From: a virus
Lineage: Duplodnaviria; Caudoviricetes
Virus record (IMG/VR): IMGVR_UViG_3300036778_000217
Span: 1-32,520 of that record
Length of the DNA: 32,520 nt
Strand: one strand, 5' to 3'
Shown: in pieces, positions 8,390 to 18,018 of the stretch
How the letters are laid out: each line of letters begins with the position of its first letter
Numbering within the stretch: the first letter of the stretch is position 1
Program-made: the position numbers and the translations under genes
Notes under the pieces: generated by a model
Databases searched by the model: none
Told to the model about the DNA's origin: nothing
Seen by the model: the letters and a program-made list of their open reading frames with translations, nothing else

Positions 8390-8417
8390 AAAAGCCATGT
8401 TATATAACATGGCTTTT
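8390..8417. terminator. Bidirectional terminator (perfect 28-bp palindrome)
   Basis: AAAAGCCATGTTATATAACATGGCTTTT between convergent tum and HEPN genes. Confidence 0.75.
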
Positions 8418-8421
8418 GCCC

Positions 8422-9075
8422 CTATATTGTGGCCTTGATAGTAACAAGTTTTTGGTCTAAAGTGCGAAAACACTCTAGTAAAAAACTAACATCATCAAAT
8501 TCGTCTTTAGGGTTTATTTGCTGATTAACTCTCGCCGACAAATGGGCAATCTCACCACGTTTTGAACCAAAACTATCCAACTTTGGTAGCATATCAGGCT
8601 CCAACTCATCAATATCTATTCCAGTTGGAAAGATTAAGGACTTGAAGTTCTTTGCCTTAATTCCATGATTGGCACTAATTTTATCTATAAACTGCTTACT
8701 TGCAACATTCATTATTTCACTAAGTGATTCTTTAGGGTTCGCTCTTGCCCGGGATAAATTGATTAACTCTTGATTATTTTGCTCATCTCCAACCGCCCAG
8801 CAACTATGATAAGCCGCAAGAAACGAAACAATAGTCAGTGACGGTTTTTTATTTTTTTTCCATTGCTGGAGTGCATGCAACACAGTCTCTTTCGAAACAT
8901 CCTCAAGGTAAGACTCGAATTCAGCATGGGTCAATAGGCGATACCCCTTCGCCATATCTAACTGAACAGGGTCGTATTCACCGATGGGTGAAAACTCAGA
9001 AGGAAGCAAGTGCCTTCTTAATTCATCTAACCTCTCCTGCAAAGCAATAAACCGCTCAGAACCGACCATAATCAC
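8422..9075 (-). CDS. HEPN-domain protein (RiboL-PSP-HEPN / MAE_28990-like), putative RNase effector
   Basis: LLTHAEFESYLE helix and R-x4-H motif (RGEIAH); AT-rich; GTG start overlaps the upstream TGA (alternative ATG at 9069). Confidence 0.8.
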   Translation of the reverse strand: MIMVGSERFIALQERLDELRRHLLPSEFSPIGEYDPVQLDMAKGYRLLTHAEFESYLEDVSKETVLHALQQWKKNKKPSLTIVSFLAAYHSCWAVGDEQNNQELINLSRARANPKESLSEIMNVASKQFIDKISANHGIKAKNFKSLIFPTGIDIDELEPDMLPKLDSFGSKRGEIAHLSARVNQQINPKDEFDDVSFLLECFRTLDQKLVTIKATI

Positions 9076-10268
9076 ACCACTTTTATTCTATTAGTAGCAT
9101 CATCCAGCTCGAAAGTTGGCAATTTAGTATTTAACAAGCCATTTAGTTCATTGAACCATACTGAAATTCTAGTATGCGTTGATTTTAAACTCTTTGTTGT
9201 AGTTTCGAGCGATGAAAGGAAAGCAAAATTATCCTTACAAAGCTTTCTAAATAACTCTTCAACTTCTGCTTCCCTTCCTGCAACTGCTGTTCGAACCTCT
9301 GGGTAAGAAAATGATAGTGCCATAATATCAAAAATAGCCCTATTAAATTTCTTCTCATAATCAACTGAAAACCATTTTTTATAACTATTACTTCCAAAAA
9401 CACTCAAAATAGTTTCATGAGCATGATTGAGCTCTTCAAACTGCTCCAAAACAGTGTTTTCTACGTTAGCCCAATCCTTATTAAACTGTAGGCATGTATT
9501 ATCCAGGAATTTCTTGAGATCACCTGCATATTCAGTGAGGAAATTTTTGAGGGCATAATACCGTAGTAATAACTCATTATCTCGCATACGGAAATCGGGT
9601 TTTTTCAACTTCAGTATACCTTTAATTGCTTCATTATCTGGTGCTTTGGAATCAATATAAGAAACAAAAGCCCCTGGATGAAGAGCTTGCCTTAACTCCT
9701 GCGGTGCTAATTGGACGCTGCCAGTATTGAGGCGTAAAAAAACATGATAAAGAAACTCTTCACTCGGCCAATTTTTAATTACAACCGTTCTTATTGGCTG
9801 ATTTTCAAATGCCGCCACATCATTATAAAAATCCGCATCATCTTTAAGATCATGCAGATTTTTACCTTTGAGGTCGGTTCTAATTTCCAGACCACTTAGT
9901 TTCAGCGGTTCGTAAACTGGATCATTTTTTTCAGCGGCGAATTGGCGAATACTTAGCAACCGTTGTTTCCCATCAAGAACTATATAAGCACCTCTCTGTT
10001 CTTTCCTTTCTGCCAGAACCAACTGGGGTATTGGCAATCCCAATATCAATGACTCAATAAAATTACTTTTCCTAGATTTATCCCAAGCATCACGCCGTTG
10101 AAAATCTGGGTTAAGTTGAATATTATTTTTATTAATTTGGTTTATAATGGTTTCTGTTGTCCAGTCGGTACCGCTAACAACAGCAGCAGAGAAGTCCGTC
10201 CCTTCTACCAGTTCAACATCATCTTCGTTTTCAGCTTGATCATCATACTCAACAAAATGTTCTGACAT
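9072..10268 (-). CDS. DUF262 (GmrSD N-terminal / ParB-Srx-like) protein
   Basis: PDFQRRDAW, IESLILGLPIP, VLDGKQRL and FLRLN motifs; GAGGGA SD; AT-rich. Confidence 0.9.
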   Translation of the reverse strand: MSEHFVEYDDQAENEDDVELVEGTDFSAAVVSGTDWTTETIINQINKNNIQLNPDFQRRDAWDKSRKSNFIESLILGLPIPQLVLAERKEQRGAYIVLDGKQRLLSIRQFAAEKNDPVYEPLKLSGLEIRTDLKGKNLHDLKDDADFYNDVAAFENQPIRTVVIKNWPSEEFLYHVFLRLNTGSVQLAPQELRQALHPGAFVSYIDSKAPDNEAIKGILKLKKPDFRMRDNELLLRYYALKNFLTEYAGDLKKFLDNTCLQFNKDWANVENTVLEQFEELNHAHETILSVFGSNSYKKWFSVDYEKKFNRAIFDIMALSFSYPEVRTAVAGREAEVEELFRKLCKDNFAFLSSLETTTKSLKSTHTRISVWFNELNGLLNTKLPTFELDDATNRIKVV

Positions 10269-10464
10269 TTAGTCCCTCTCTCTATACAGATTTAAGCTGT
10301 GTAATGCCTAACACTAACTACAAATTCGTCTGTAATGCAGTATCGCATCAAAGTGCATCAAAACGCATGCGCCAAAGAAAATAGTTCTTATCACCTAATC
10401 CAGCATCATATCTCGACGAAACTATCTTACGCAATTGCATTAAAACCACCCCATAAAGCGGGCA

Positions 10465-10483
10465 GGCGTGGCGGGGAAAGCAT
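10465..10483 (+). other. cos site (19-nt cohesive end, 186 type)
   Basis: GGCGTGGCGGGGAAAGCAT, the 186-type variant of P2 cos GGCGAGGCGGGGAAAGCAC, located downstream of Q. Confidence 0.92.
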
Positions 10484-10625
10484 TGCGCGCCGACGTGGGT
10501 GTTTTATTTATTTTCTCGCGCCTGAGCGCGTCGCTGTGGCGTTGTATTGGTGGTGGATTCGTAACGAGACACGGCTAGTCTGTGTCGCGGTGTAGCGGCT
10601 CTGAGGGCATATGGTGAGGGGGTAC

Positions 10626-10648
10626 AAAAAAGCCGCCATGATGGCGGC
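10626..10648 (-). terminator. Terminator of the PQ operon
   Basis: Minus strand GCCGCCAT-C-ATGGCGGC plus T6, just after the Q stop. Confidence 0.75.
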
Positions 10649-10659
10649 GGTGGTGAGGG

Positions 10660-11697
10660 TTATTCATCAGGGTCAAGGGTGTATTTTTTAAAGCGAATCA
10701 CCTCAAGCCCGAGCCAGTTATTCAGCTCCCTGAGTCGCTCCTGCAGCGGCGTCAGCTCATTACGCACAAAGACCTTTGCCACCTTCTCAACGTCCCCCAC
10801 TGACCCGACGTTTTCAGGTTTGCCGCCCATCAGCTGGAACGGGATCCGATGGGCGTCGAGCAGGTCAGCCGCGCTGACTTTTTTGATATTAAAGAAATCG
10901 TCTTTCGTCGCCACTTCGCTGAGTGGCACAATTTTAATCCCGTCGGCTTTACCGTTCGGGGCATAGAAAAACAGGTTCTTAAAATTGCCGAGCCCTTTCG
11001 AATCACGCATCGCTTTGCGCAGCGCTTCAACGTCGGTGCTGCTCTGCGCGGCGTCGGTCACATACATGATGTAGCCCGCGTGCGCCCCGTTCTGATAATA
11101 CTTGCGGCGAAACAGCGTTGCCGACTCATTCAGCCAGGCAGAATTAAGGGCGCTGAGATATTCCGGCATGCCGTAGAGCTCCTGATTGATATCAGGCTCC
11201 AGCAGGTGGAACACCGAGCCGGAGGCGTACTCGTGCGGCTGCGTGTAGGACTGAATATACCAGTAGGTGTCGTCCTCAACCCCGCGTCGGGTATATTTGG
11301 CCGGGGAGGTTTCCAGCCTGACCGGCTGCTTTGAGATGCTGAGGCGCTTCTCGATAAAGGCATTACCGAACACCAGAAAGTCGAGCACAAAGCGGCTGAA
11401 ATCCTGCTGCGACAGCAGCGGGTGCGGAATGTAGGTTGAAGCCAGAATGTTACGCTTCACGTAAATCGGCGAGCTGTGGTGAACGGCAGCGCGCAGGCTT
11501 TTCGCCAGCCCGGAAAAACTGACCGGCGGCTCGTACCACTGACCGTTATCGATGCACTCGACGTAATCAAGAATATCACGACGGTCCAGCACCGCCGTCG
11601 GCTCACCGAAGGTAAATGCCTCCATGCTCTGAGCGGGGGTGGCGGTATGTTTTCGGGTGTCAGGCTGTGGCTGGCGCTTGTTGCGTTTCTTGCTCAT
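10660..11697 (-). CDS. Q: Portal protein gpQ
   Basis: EAFTFGEP, WYEPP, HHSSPIYVKRN; TAATG coupling with P. Confidence 0.96.
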   Translation of the reverse strand: MSKKRNKRQPQPDTRKHTATPAQSMEAFTFGEPTAVLDRRDILDYVECIDNGQWYEPPVSFSGLAKSLRAAVHHSSPIYVKRNILASTYIPHPLLSQQDFSRFVLDFLVFGNAFIEKRLSISKQPVRLETSPAKYTRRGVEDDTYWYIQSYTQPHEYASGSVFHLLEPDINQELYGMPEYLSALNSAWLNESATLFRRKYYQNGAHAGYIMYVTDAAQSSTDVEALRKAMRDSKGLGNFKNLFFYAPNGKADGIKIVPLSEVATKDDFFNIKKVSAADLLDAHRIPFQLMGGKPENVGSVGDVEKVAKVFVRNELTPLQERLRELNNWLGLEVIRFKKYTLDPDE

Positions 11698-13466
11698 TAA
11701 TTCCACTCCATAATGCTGGATGACTGCTGCCCGCTGGCGGCGGTGAGCGGCTCATTGATTAATACGTGCATGGTTGCCCATGCGAGATCGGCATGACTGG
11801 CTTCCTCGGTGCGGCTGGCCTCATAGGTGGCGCTGCGCCCGCTGCTGGTCATGGTTTTGCGAATGGACATAAACGACTGCGTGATGTCGGTCGCGCCAAC
11901 GTCGTACTCAAGACAGCCGCGCTTGATGGTGTCTTTGGCTTTCAGAACCATCGCGGTTTTCATTTCAGGCGTGTAGCGAATCTCGCGCGCTGCCGGGTAG
12001 AAGGAGCGCACCAGCTGGAACACCCCCTGACCGAGCCCGGTCGCATCGATGCCGATGTATTCCACGTTGTATTTTTGGGTAAGCTCGCGGATGGATTCGG
12101 CCTGTGTGGCAAAGTCCATGCCTTTCCACTGGTGGCGCTCAAGAATGCGGAACTTGCCACCGGCGACCACCGGCGGCGCGATGACCACACAACCGGCGCT
12201 GTCGCCGCGCAGTGACGGGTCGTAGCCAATCCACACAACGCGGTGACCGAACGGACGGTCGGCGAACGGTTCGACGTCCTCCCACTCTTCCATGCTGTCG
12301 ACCATGCAGCGCTGCAACTCCTCAAACGGGAATACCGACGCTTTATCGTCGACGAATTCGCACATAAACAGATTGCGGAACTCATCGACGCTGTTTTCGC
12401 GTTTCAGCGTGTCGATGTTGAACAGGGTGCACCCTTTGGCGAGCGCATCCTCAATGGTGACAATCTGCCGCCACTGGCCGTCAGGACATGCGACCCCCTT
12501 CGCCAGCGTAGCATGCGTGATATCAATATCGACGCGCTCGCTCTTGTCTGAGCGCCCCTTGTTAAACTGCTCACCGGACCAGAACGGGTAGGCGCCGTGT
12601 GCCAGCGACGAGGGGGTCGAAAAATAAGTCGTGCGCAGATGCTCCTGCGACGACATGCCCCCGGCCACCCTTTTCAGTTTCTGGAAGTTAGGGATCCAGA
12701 AAATCTCATCGACATACAAATCGCCGTTATGACTCTGCGCCGTGTTGGCGTTGGTGCCGAGAAACATCAGCTCAGCGCCGTTATTGCCGAGCACAATCGG
12801 GTCGCCGCTGAGCTCCACCTCAACCAGTCGGGCAAAGGCAATAATGTATTTCCGGAACACATAGGCCTGCGTTTTACTGGCCGAGAGAAAAATCTGGTTA
12901 TGGCCGGTTTTCAGCGCCTGCAGCAATGCCTCCCGCGCAAAGTAGAAGGTCGCGCCAATCTGGCGGGATTTCAGTATGTGCCTGATGCGGTGCGCCAGCC
13001 CAGCCCGCCACCATTCGAGCTGATAGTCGAATGACTGGTCGAGAAAAATCTCCTCCAGTTTCTCGATAGCCTCCTCGCTGAAAAAATTCTTTTTCGGCTT
13101 CTTACGCTCCCCTTTATTACGGTTGGCCACGTTGGGATTTAAATCCGCCTCGTTGCCGGTCTGGCCATAGCGGCTGATGCGGGCGAACCGCTCCATTTGT
13201 CGGGCAAGAAAATCAGCGACCTTAAAGTCGTGCGCCGTCAGGTCGGGCTTTGCATAGAGCTGAATCAACCGCGCTTCAAGCGTGTATTCCACCCGGTTGA
13301 GCGGTGCGGTCTCTTCCCACCGGTCGCGCTGCTTCCAGCTCTGAACCGTGGCGCGCTTGGTCTGGAGCATGTCCGAGATTTGCGGAACGGAAAAACCCTG
13401 CCAGAACAGCAGTGCCGCCTGTCGTCGCGGGTCGTTTAACAGTGATGTGTCGGTGGTGATGGTCAT
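11697..13466 (-). CDS. P: Terminase large (ATPase) subunit gpP
   Basis: LKSRQIGAT, LYVDE and SHADLAWA motifs; start ATG 13466 after GAGG. Confidence 0.96.
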   Translation of the reverse strand: MTITTDTSLLNDPRRQAALLFWQGFSVPQISDMLQTKRATVQSWKQRDRWEETAPLNRVEYTLEARLIQLYAKPDLTAHDFKVADFLARQMERFARISRYGQTGNEADLNPNVANRNKGERKKPKKNFFSEEAIEKLEEIFLDQSFDYQLEWWRAGLAHRIRHILKSRQIGATFYFAREALLQALKTGHNQIFLSASKTQAYVFRKYIIAFARLVEVELSGDPIVLGNNGAELMFLGTNANTAQSHNGDLYVDEIFWIPNFQKLKRVAGGMSSQEHLRTTYFSTPSSLAHGAYPFWSGEQFNKGRSDKSERVDIDITHATLAKGVACPDGQWRQIVTIEDALAKGCTLFNIDTLKRENSVDEFRNLFMCEFVDDKASVFPFEELQRCMVDSMEEWEDVEPFADRPFGHRVVWIGYDPSLRGDSAGCVVIAPPVVAGGKFRILERHQWKGMDFATQAESIRELTQKYNVEYIGIDATGLGQGVFQLVRSFYPAAREIRYTPEMKTAMVLKAKDTIKRGCLEYDVGATDITQSFMSIRKTMTSSGRSATYEASRTEEASHADLAWATMHVLINEPLTAASGQQSSSIMEWN

Positions 13467-13535
13467 GTATGCCTCGCCGTAGTGGGTACAGGGCAAGGCT
13501 AAAGAAACGGGGGCGATGAATCGCTAAGGCTCTGT

Positions 13536-13553
13536 TGTGTCAGGGGTTATCCA
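13536..13553. promoter_or_regulatory. Ogr/B-type activator site for divergent late promoters pP/pO
   Basis: TGT-N12-CCA (consensus TGT-N12-ACA) centred in the P-O intergenic region. Confidence 0.55.
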
Positions 13554-13632
13554 TCCCGGATTGATGGATAAGGTGCGGCGGCGTCGGGAAACTAACCCCG
13601 ACCCAAACACCCAACATCAGGACACCTGACAC

Positions 13633-14469
13633 ATGGCAAAAAAAATCTCCAAATGGTTTCGCATCGGCGTCGAGGGTGACACCTGCGACGGTCGCGATAT
13701 CAGTGCGAAAGATATTCAGGACATGGCCGACGGCTTTGACCCGCGCGTCTACGGTTGTCGCATCAATCTGGAGCATATCCGCAGCGTGGTTCCCGACACG
13801 CCGTTCTGTCGCTATGGCGATGTTATCGAGCTGAAAGCGGAAGTGATTAAAGATGACTCCGCGCTCAACGGCAAGCTGGCGCTCTACGGCAAAATCTCCC
13901 CGCTCGATAATCTGCTCGCCATGCTGGCGAAAGGCCAGAAGGTTTACACCTCGATGGAGATCCGCCCGAACTTTGCCAATACCGGCAAATGCCACCTAAT
14001 CGGCCTTGCGGTGACCGATGACCCGGCGAGCCTCGGCACCGAATACCTGCAATTCTGCGCCGCCGGTAAAAAAGAGCAGCCTGATGACCTGTTTACCGTG
14101 GCAACCCTCGCCGTGCTGGAATTTGAAGACCATCCAGAAACCCTGCTCAACAAGATCACCGACTCCGTTAAAGCCATTTTCAGCCGTAAACAGCAGGACG
14201 ATGACGCCCGATTTGCTGATGTGCGTGAAGCGGTGACGGCGATTGCCGAACGCGTCCAGAGCGGCGGCGAAGATGCCGACACGCGTTTCGGCAAGCTGGA
14301 GGGTGAAATCGCGGCGCTGAAACAGACCATCACCGAACAGGCCGACGCAACCAGCCAGCAATTCAGCACGTTCAGAAACACCCTGGACAACACCGAAAGT
14401 ACCGTACAGCCGCGCCGCAAACTGAGCACCGGCGGTGATGGTTCCGACATGGCGATGACCGACTGCTAA
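13633..14469 (+). CDS. O: Capsid scaffolding/protease gpO
   Basis: SKWFRIGVEGDTCDGR, INLEH, GLAVTDDPASLGTE. Confidence 0.96.
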   Translation: MAKKISKWFRIGVEGDTCDGRDISAKDIQDMADGFDPRVYGCRINLEHIRSVVPDTPFCRYGDVIELKAEVIKDDSALNGKLALYGKISPLDNLLAMLAKGQKVYTSMEIRPNFANTGKCHLIGLAVTDDPASLGTEYLQFCAAGKKEQPDDLFTVATLAVLEFEDHPETLLNKITDSVKAIFSRKQQDDDARFADVREAVTAIAERVQSGGEDADTRFGKLEGEIAALKQTITEQADATSQQFSTFRNTLDNTESTVQPRRKLSTGGDGSDMAMTDC

Positions 14470-14503
14470 GCCTCCCCTTTTTCAAAACAGGAATGCACAG
14501 ATA

Positions 14504-15658
14504 ATGCGTAAAGAAACCCGCTTTAAATTCAATCAGTACCTGAGCCGAATCGCTGAGCTGAACGGCGTCGCAGTGAATGACCTCAGCAATAAATTTAACG
14601 TTGAGCCGTCCGTCACTCAGACCCTGTTTGACAAAATCCAGCAGTCCTCTTCTTTCCTGAAACTCATCAATATGGTGGTCGTGGGCGAACTGACCGAGGA
14701 AAAAGTCGGTATGGATGTCACCGGCACGATTGCCAGCACCGCCGACACCGACGGCGGCGTTGAACGTAAAACGGCCGACTTCTCCAAAATGGACGCTTAC
14801 CGCTACTTCTGTAAGCCGGTTAACTTTGACTACCACCTGCCGTACAGCAAGCTCGACCTGTGGGCGCGCTTTCAGGATTTCCAGATCCGTATCCGTAACG
14901 CCATCATCAAGCGTCAGGCGCTGGACTACATCACCATCGGCTTTAACGGTGTGACCCGGGCGGCAACCTCTGACCGCAAAAATAATCCCCTGTGTCAGGA
15001 TGTGGCCGTCGGCTGGTTGCAGAAATACCGCAACGATGCCCCTGAGCGCGTTATGGACAAAGTGACCGATGACAAAGGTGCGGTGATTTCGGACACCATC
15101 AAAATCGGTAAGGGCGGGCATTACGCCAACCTCGACGCGCTGGTGATGGATGCGCATGAATCGCTGATTGAAGAAATTCACCGCGAAAATCCCGAGATGG
15201 TGGTTATCTGTGGGCGTCGCATTCTGACCGACAAATATTTCCCGATGATTAACAAATTCCAGGCGAACAGCGAACAGCTCGCCGGTGAGCTGATTATCAG
15301 CCAGAAAACCATCGGTCAGCTGCAGGCGGTGCGTGCGCCGTTCTTCCCGGCCAACAGTATTTTCATCACCCCGCTGGATAACATTTCCATCTACATGTAT
15401 GAGGACGGTCACCGCCGCCACATTGAGGAAAATCCGAAGCTGGATCGCGTGGAAAACTACGAGCAGGTGAAGGTCGACTTTGTTATCGAAGACTACGAGG
15501 CCGGCTGCCTGATTGAGAACATCGAGATTCTGGAGCCGGAAGAAGCCTCCACCCCGGAAACAACCAGCGCCAAAGCGTTTGCCGCCGAACTGGTCAAGGC
15601 CATGCAGGAGCTCACCGCAGGCACTAAAGCCCCGGCAGTTGACGGCGGGGAGGCATAA
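14504..15658 (+). CDS. N: Major capsid protein gpN
   Basis: MRKETRFKFNQYL, FNVEPSVTQTL, QDVAVGWLQKYR; carries a C-terminal extension. Confidence 0.96.
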   Translation: MRKETRFKFNQYLSRIAELNGVAVNDLSNKFNVEPSVTQTLFDKIQQSSSFLKLINMVVVGELTEEKVGMDVTGTIASTADTDGGVERKTADFSKMDAYRYFCKPVNFDYHLPYSKLDLWARFQDFQIRIRNAIIKRQALDYITIGFNGVTRAATSDRKNNPLCQDVAVGWLQKYRNDAPERVMDKVTDDKGAVISDTIKIGKGGHYANLDALVMDAHESLIEEIHRENPEMVVICGRRILTDKYFPMINKFQANSEQLAGELIISQKTIGQLQAVRAPFFPANSIFITPLDNISIYMYEDGHRRHIEENPKLDRVENYEQVKVDFVIEDYEAGCLIENIEILEPEEASTPETTSAKAFAAELVKAMQELTAGTKAPAVDGGEA

Positions 15659-15661
15659 CTG

Positions 15662-16426
15662 ATGGCGAGCCCCGCACAGCGTCATGCGATGCGGGTCTCG
15701 GCTATCAGGGCTGCGCAGCAGGAAAACGTCCCGCTGCGCCATGCCTCAGCTTACGAGCAGATGCTCGTCAAGCTGGCCGCAGACCGCCGGACGCTATCAC
15801 AAATCCACTCCAAAGAACGCAAGGCCGAGAAAAAGCGCCAGCTGCTGCCGTTTTACCTGCCGTGGGTAACCGGCGTGCTGGAGAATGGCACCGGCGCACA
15901 GGATGACATTCTGATGACGGTCATGCTGTGGCGTCTCGATGCCGGTGACATTCCGGGCGCACTTGAAATTGCGCGCTATGCGCTACGTTTCAGCCTGTCC
16001 ATGCCCGGTGGACATTCCCGCACCGCGCCCTACATGCTGGCCGAAGAGGTCGCCCTGACGGCGCAGCGCGCCCGCGATGCCGGTCAGACGGTCGATGCTT
16101 CGCTACTGCTCGGCGTCATTGACATGACCGGTGCCGCTGACATGCCTGATGAGGTTCGCGCACGACTGCATAAGCTGACCGGCCTGACGTTGCGCGACAG
16201 CGGTCAGCCCAATGAGGCGTTGACTCACCTGCAACGCGCAAACCAGCTCGACCGCAACGCCGGTGTGAGAAAGGACATTGAGCGCCTCACGCGTGAGCTG
16301 ACTCCCAAACCGGACACCACAGCAAAGCGCGTCGCCCCCAAAGCCACGCCCAAAAGGGCATCAGCGAAAAAAACAGATTCACCGGTGAAACGAGGGCGGG
16401 GTCGCCCGAGGAAAGTCACCGGATAA
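15662..16426 (+). CDS. M: Terminase small (endonuclease) subunit gpM
   Basis: SPAQRH, QDDILMTVMLWRLDAGD, DMPDEVRARLHK; basic tail ending in RGRGRPRK. Confidence 0.95.
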   Translation: MASPAQRHAMRVSAIRAAQQENVPLRHASAYEQMLVKLAADRRTLSQIHSKERKAEKKRQLLPFYLPWVTGVLENGTGAQDDILMTVMLWRLDAGDIPGALEIARYALRFSLSMPGGHSRTAPYMLAEEVALTAQRARDAGQTVDASLLLGVIDMTGAADMPDEVRARLHKLTGLTLRDSGQPNEALTHLQRANQLDRNAGVRKDIERLTRELTPKPDTTAKRVAPKATPKRASAKKTDSPVKRGRGRPRKVTG

Positions 16427-16522
16427 CCGAACGCGCCCCGCGCCGGGCGGCACGCTGGTCTATGTCGGTGTTTCACCTGAACGGCGACCGGCGTCCACCG
16501 CCCACCTATTTCAGAGGTAGTC

Positions 16523-17029
16523 ATGACGACAGTGATACTGAACAAGCCCGACTTACAGCAGGACGTGCCGGGTGTGGTCATTCCCGCACCGGAGACGGGC
16601 GAGGCGGTGATTAAAAACACGTTCTTTTTCCCGGATGTGGATCCAAAGCGCGTGCGCGAGCTGATGCGGCTGGAGCAGACCGTCTCACCCGCCCGTCTGC
16701 GCAACGCCATCAAGACCGGCATGGCGGAAACCAATGCCGAGCTTTACGACTACCGGGCGCACCAGATGGCCGCAGGGTTTACACAGCTGACCGACGTGCC
16801 CGCCGAAGAAATCGACGGCGAGAATCAGCGAGTTTTTCACTACCTGAGCGCCGTGACGGCGATGGCAACCGCCACCCTGTATGAACGCTATCGCGGCGTT
16901 GAGGCCACCGGCAAGGGCGACAAAAAAGCCGACAGCGTGGAAACCACCATTGATGACCTGTGGCGGGATATGCGCTGGTCGGTTGCGCGACTCCAGGACA
17001 AACCGCGCTGCATCGTGGGTCAGCTCTGA
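16523..17029 (+). CDS. L: Head completion protein gpL
   Basis: IKNTFFFPDVDP, LWRDMRWSVARL; synteny. Confidence 0.93.
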   Translation: MTTVILNKPDLQQDVPGVVIPAPETGEAVIKNTFFFPDVDPKRVRELMRLEQTVSPARLRNAIKTGMAETNAELYDYRAHQMAAGFTQLTDVPAEEIDGENQRVFHYLSAVTAMATATLYERYRGVEATGKGDKKADSVETTIDDLWRDMRWSVARLQDKPRCIVGQL

Positions 17030-17232
17030 TGAAAGTTTACGCCATGCAGGGCGACACCCTTGATGCACTTTGCGCCCGGTATTACGGGCGCACTGAGGGC
17101 GTGGTCGAGACGGTGCTGCAGGCTAATTCCGGGCTGTCTGAGCTGGGCGTCATTCTGCCGCATGGCACGGCGATTGACCTGCCCGACGTCCAGTCGTCAC
17201 CCGTTACCGAAGTTATCAATCTGTGGGAGTGA
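17029..17232 (+). CDS. X: Tail protein gpX (LysM-like)
   Basis: MKVYAMQGDTLDALCARYYG..INLWE; TGATG coupling with L. Confidence 0.93.
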   Translation: MKVYAMQGDTLDALCARYYGRTEGVVETVLQANSGLSELGVILPHGTAIDLPDVQSSPVTEVINLWE

Positions 17233-17237
17233 AAAGT

Positions 17238-17534
17238 ATGACGGAAGGAGAAAAAGGCGTCCTGTCGCTGTTTGTGATCGGGGTGCTGATTGTTGTCGGG
17301 AAAGTCCTGTCAGGCGGGGAGCCCATCACCCCGCGCCTGTTTATCGGTCGCATGCTGCTCGGTGGTTTTGTCTCGATGGTGGCCGGTGTTGTACTGGTGC
17401 AGTTTCCCGATATGTCTTTACCCGCCGTGTGCGGCATCGGCTCAATGCTGGGCATTGCCGGTTATCAGGCGGTTGAAATTGTCATTCAGCGTCGACTCAA
17501 ATCACCAAAGGGGAAACAGGATGCCGGTCATTGA
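17238..17534 (+). CDS. Holin
   Basis: Three hydrophobic segments and a basic C-terminus; directly upstream of the endolysin. Confidence 0.88.
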   Translation: MTEGEKGVLSLFVIGVLIVVGKVLSGGEPITPRLFIGRMLLGGFVSMVAGVVLVQFPDMSLPAVCGIGSMLGIAGYQAVEIVIQRRLKSPKGKQDAGH

Positions 17535-18018
17535 TACTCACCAAAACATCGCGGCCTTTCTCGACATGCTGGCTTATTCAGAAGGAACCGCCACGCACCC
17601 GCTGACGAAAAATCGCGGCTACGACGTCATTGTGACCGGGATGGATGGTAAGCCAGAGATTTTCACCGACTACGGAGACCACCCATTCGCACATGGCCGA
17701 CCGGCGAAAGTGTTCAACCGTCGCGGTGAAAAATCCACGGCGTCGGGGCGTTACCAGCAGCTTTATCTCTACTGGCCGCACTATCAGAAACAGCTCGCAC
17801 TGCCTGATTTCAGCCCGTTGTCGCAGGACAAACTCGCGATCCAGTTAATCCGGGAGCGTGGTGCTATTGAAGATATCAGGGCGGGGCGAATTGAACGTGC
17901 AATTTCCCGCTGTCGCAATATCTGGGCGTCGTTACCGGGTGCCGGTTACGGTCAGCGCGAGCACAGCCTCGAAAAGCTGGTCACCGTCTGGCGCACGGCG
18001 GGCGGGGTGATGGCATGA
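17521..18018 (+). CDS. K: Endolysin (lambda R-like lytic transglycosylase, gpK)
   Basis: AFLDMLAYSEGT, STASGRYQ, WASLPGAGYGQ; start ATG 17521. Confidence 0.95.
   Translation: MPVIDTHQNIAAFLDMLAYSEGTATHPLTKNRGYDVIVTGMDGKPEIFTDYGDHPFAHGRPAKVFNRRGEKSTASGRYQQLYLYWPHYQKQLALPDFSPLSQDKLAIQLIRERGAIEDIRAGRIERAISRCRNIWASLPGAGYGQREHSLEKLVTVWRTAGGVMA

Noticed and set aside
10335-10595. 86-aa plus-strand ORF
   Set aside because: It spans the cos/terminase-binding region, which is normally non-coding, and has no clear SD or recognisable motif.
14372-15742. 456-aa minus-strand ORF
   Set aside because: Antisense shadow of the gpN gene, a typical codon-bias artefact in GC-rich genes.
16310-16426. Lys/Arg-rich, AT-hook-like tail of gpM
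   Set aside because: As I recall, this is a common feature of 186-type small terminases, so it is not treated as novel.
17290-17520. N-terminal extension of the endolysin in the ORF track
   Set aside because: It overlaps the holin in another frame; recognisable endolysin sequence begins at ATG 17521.
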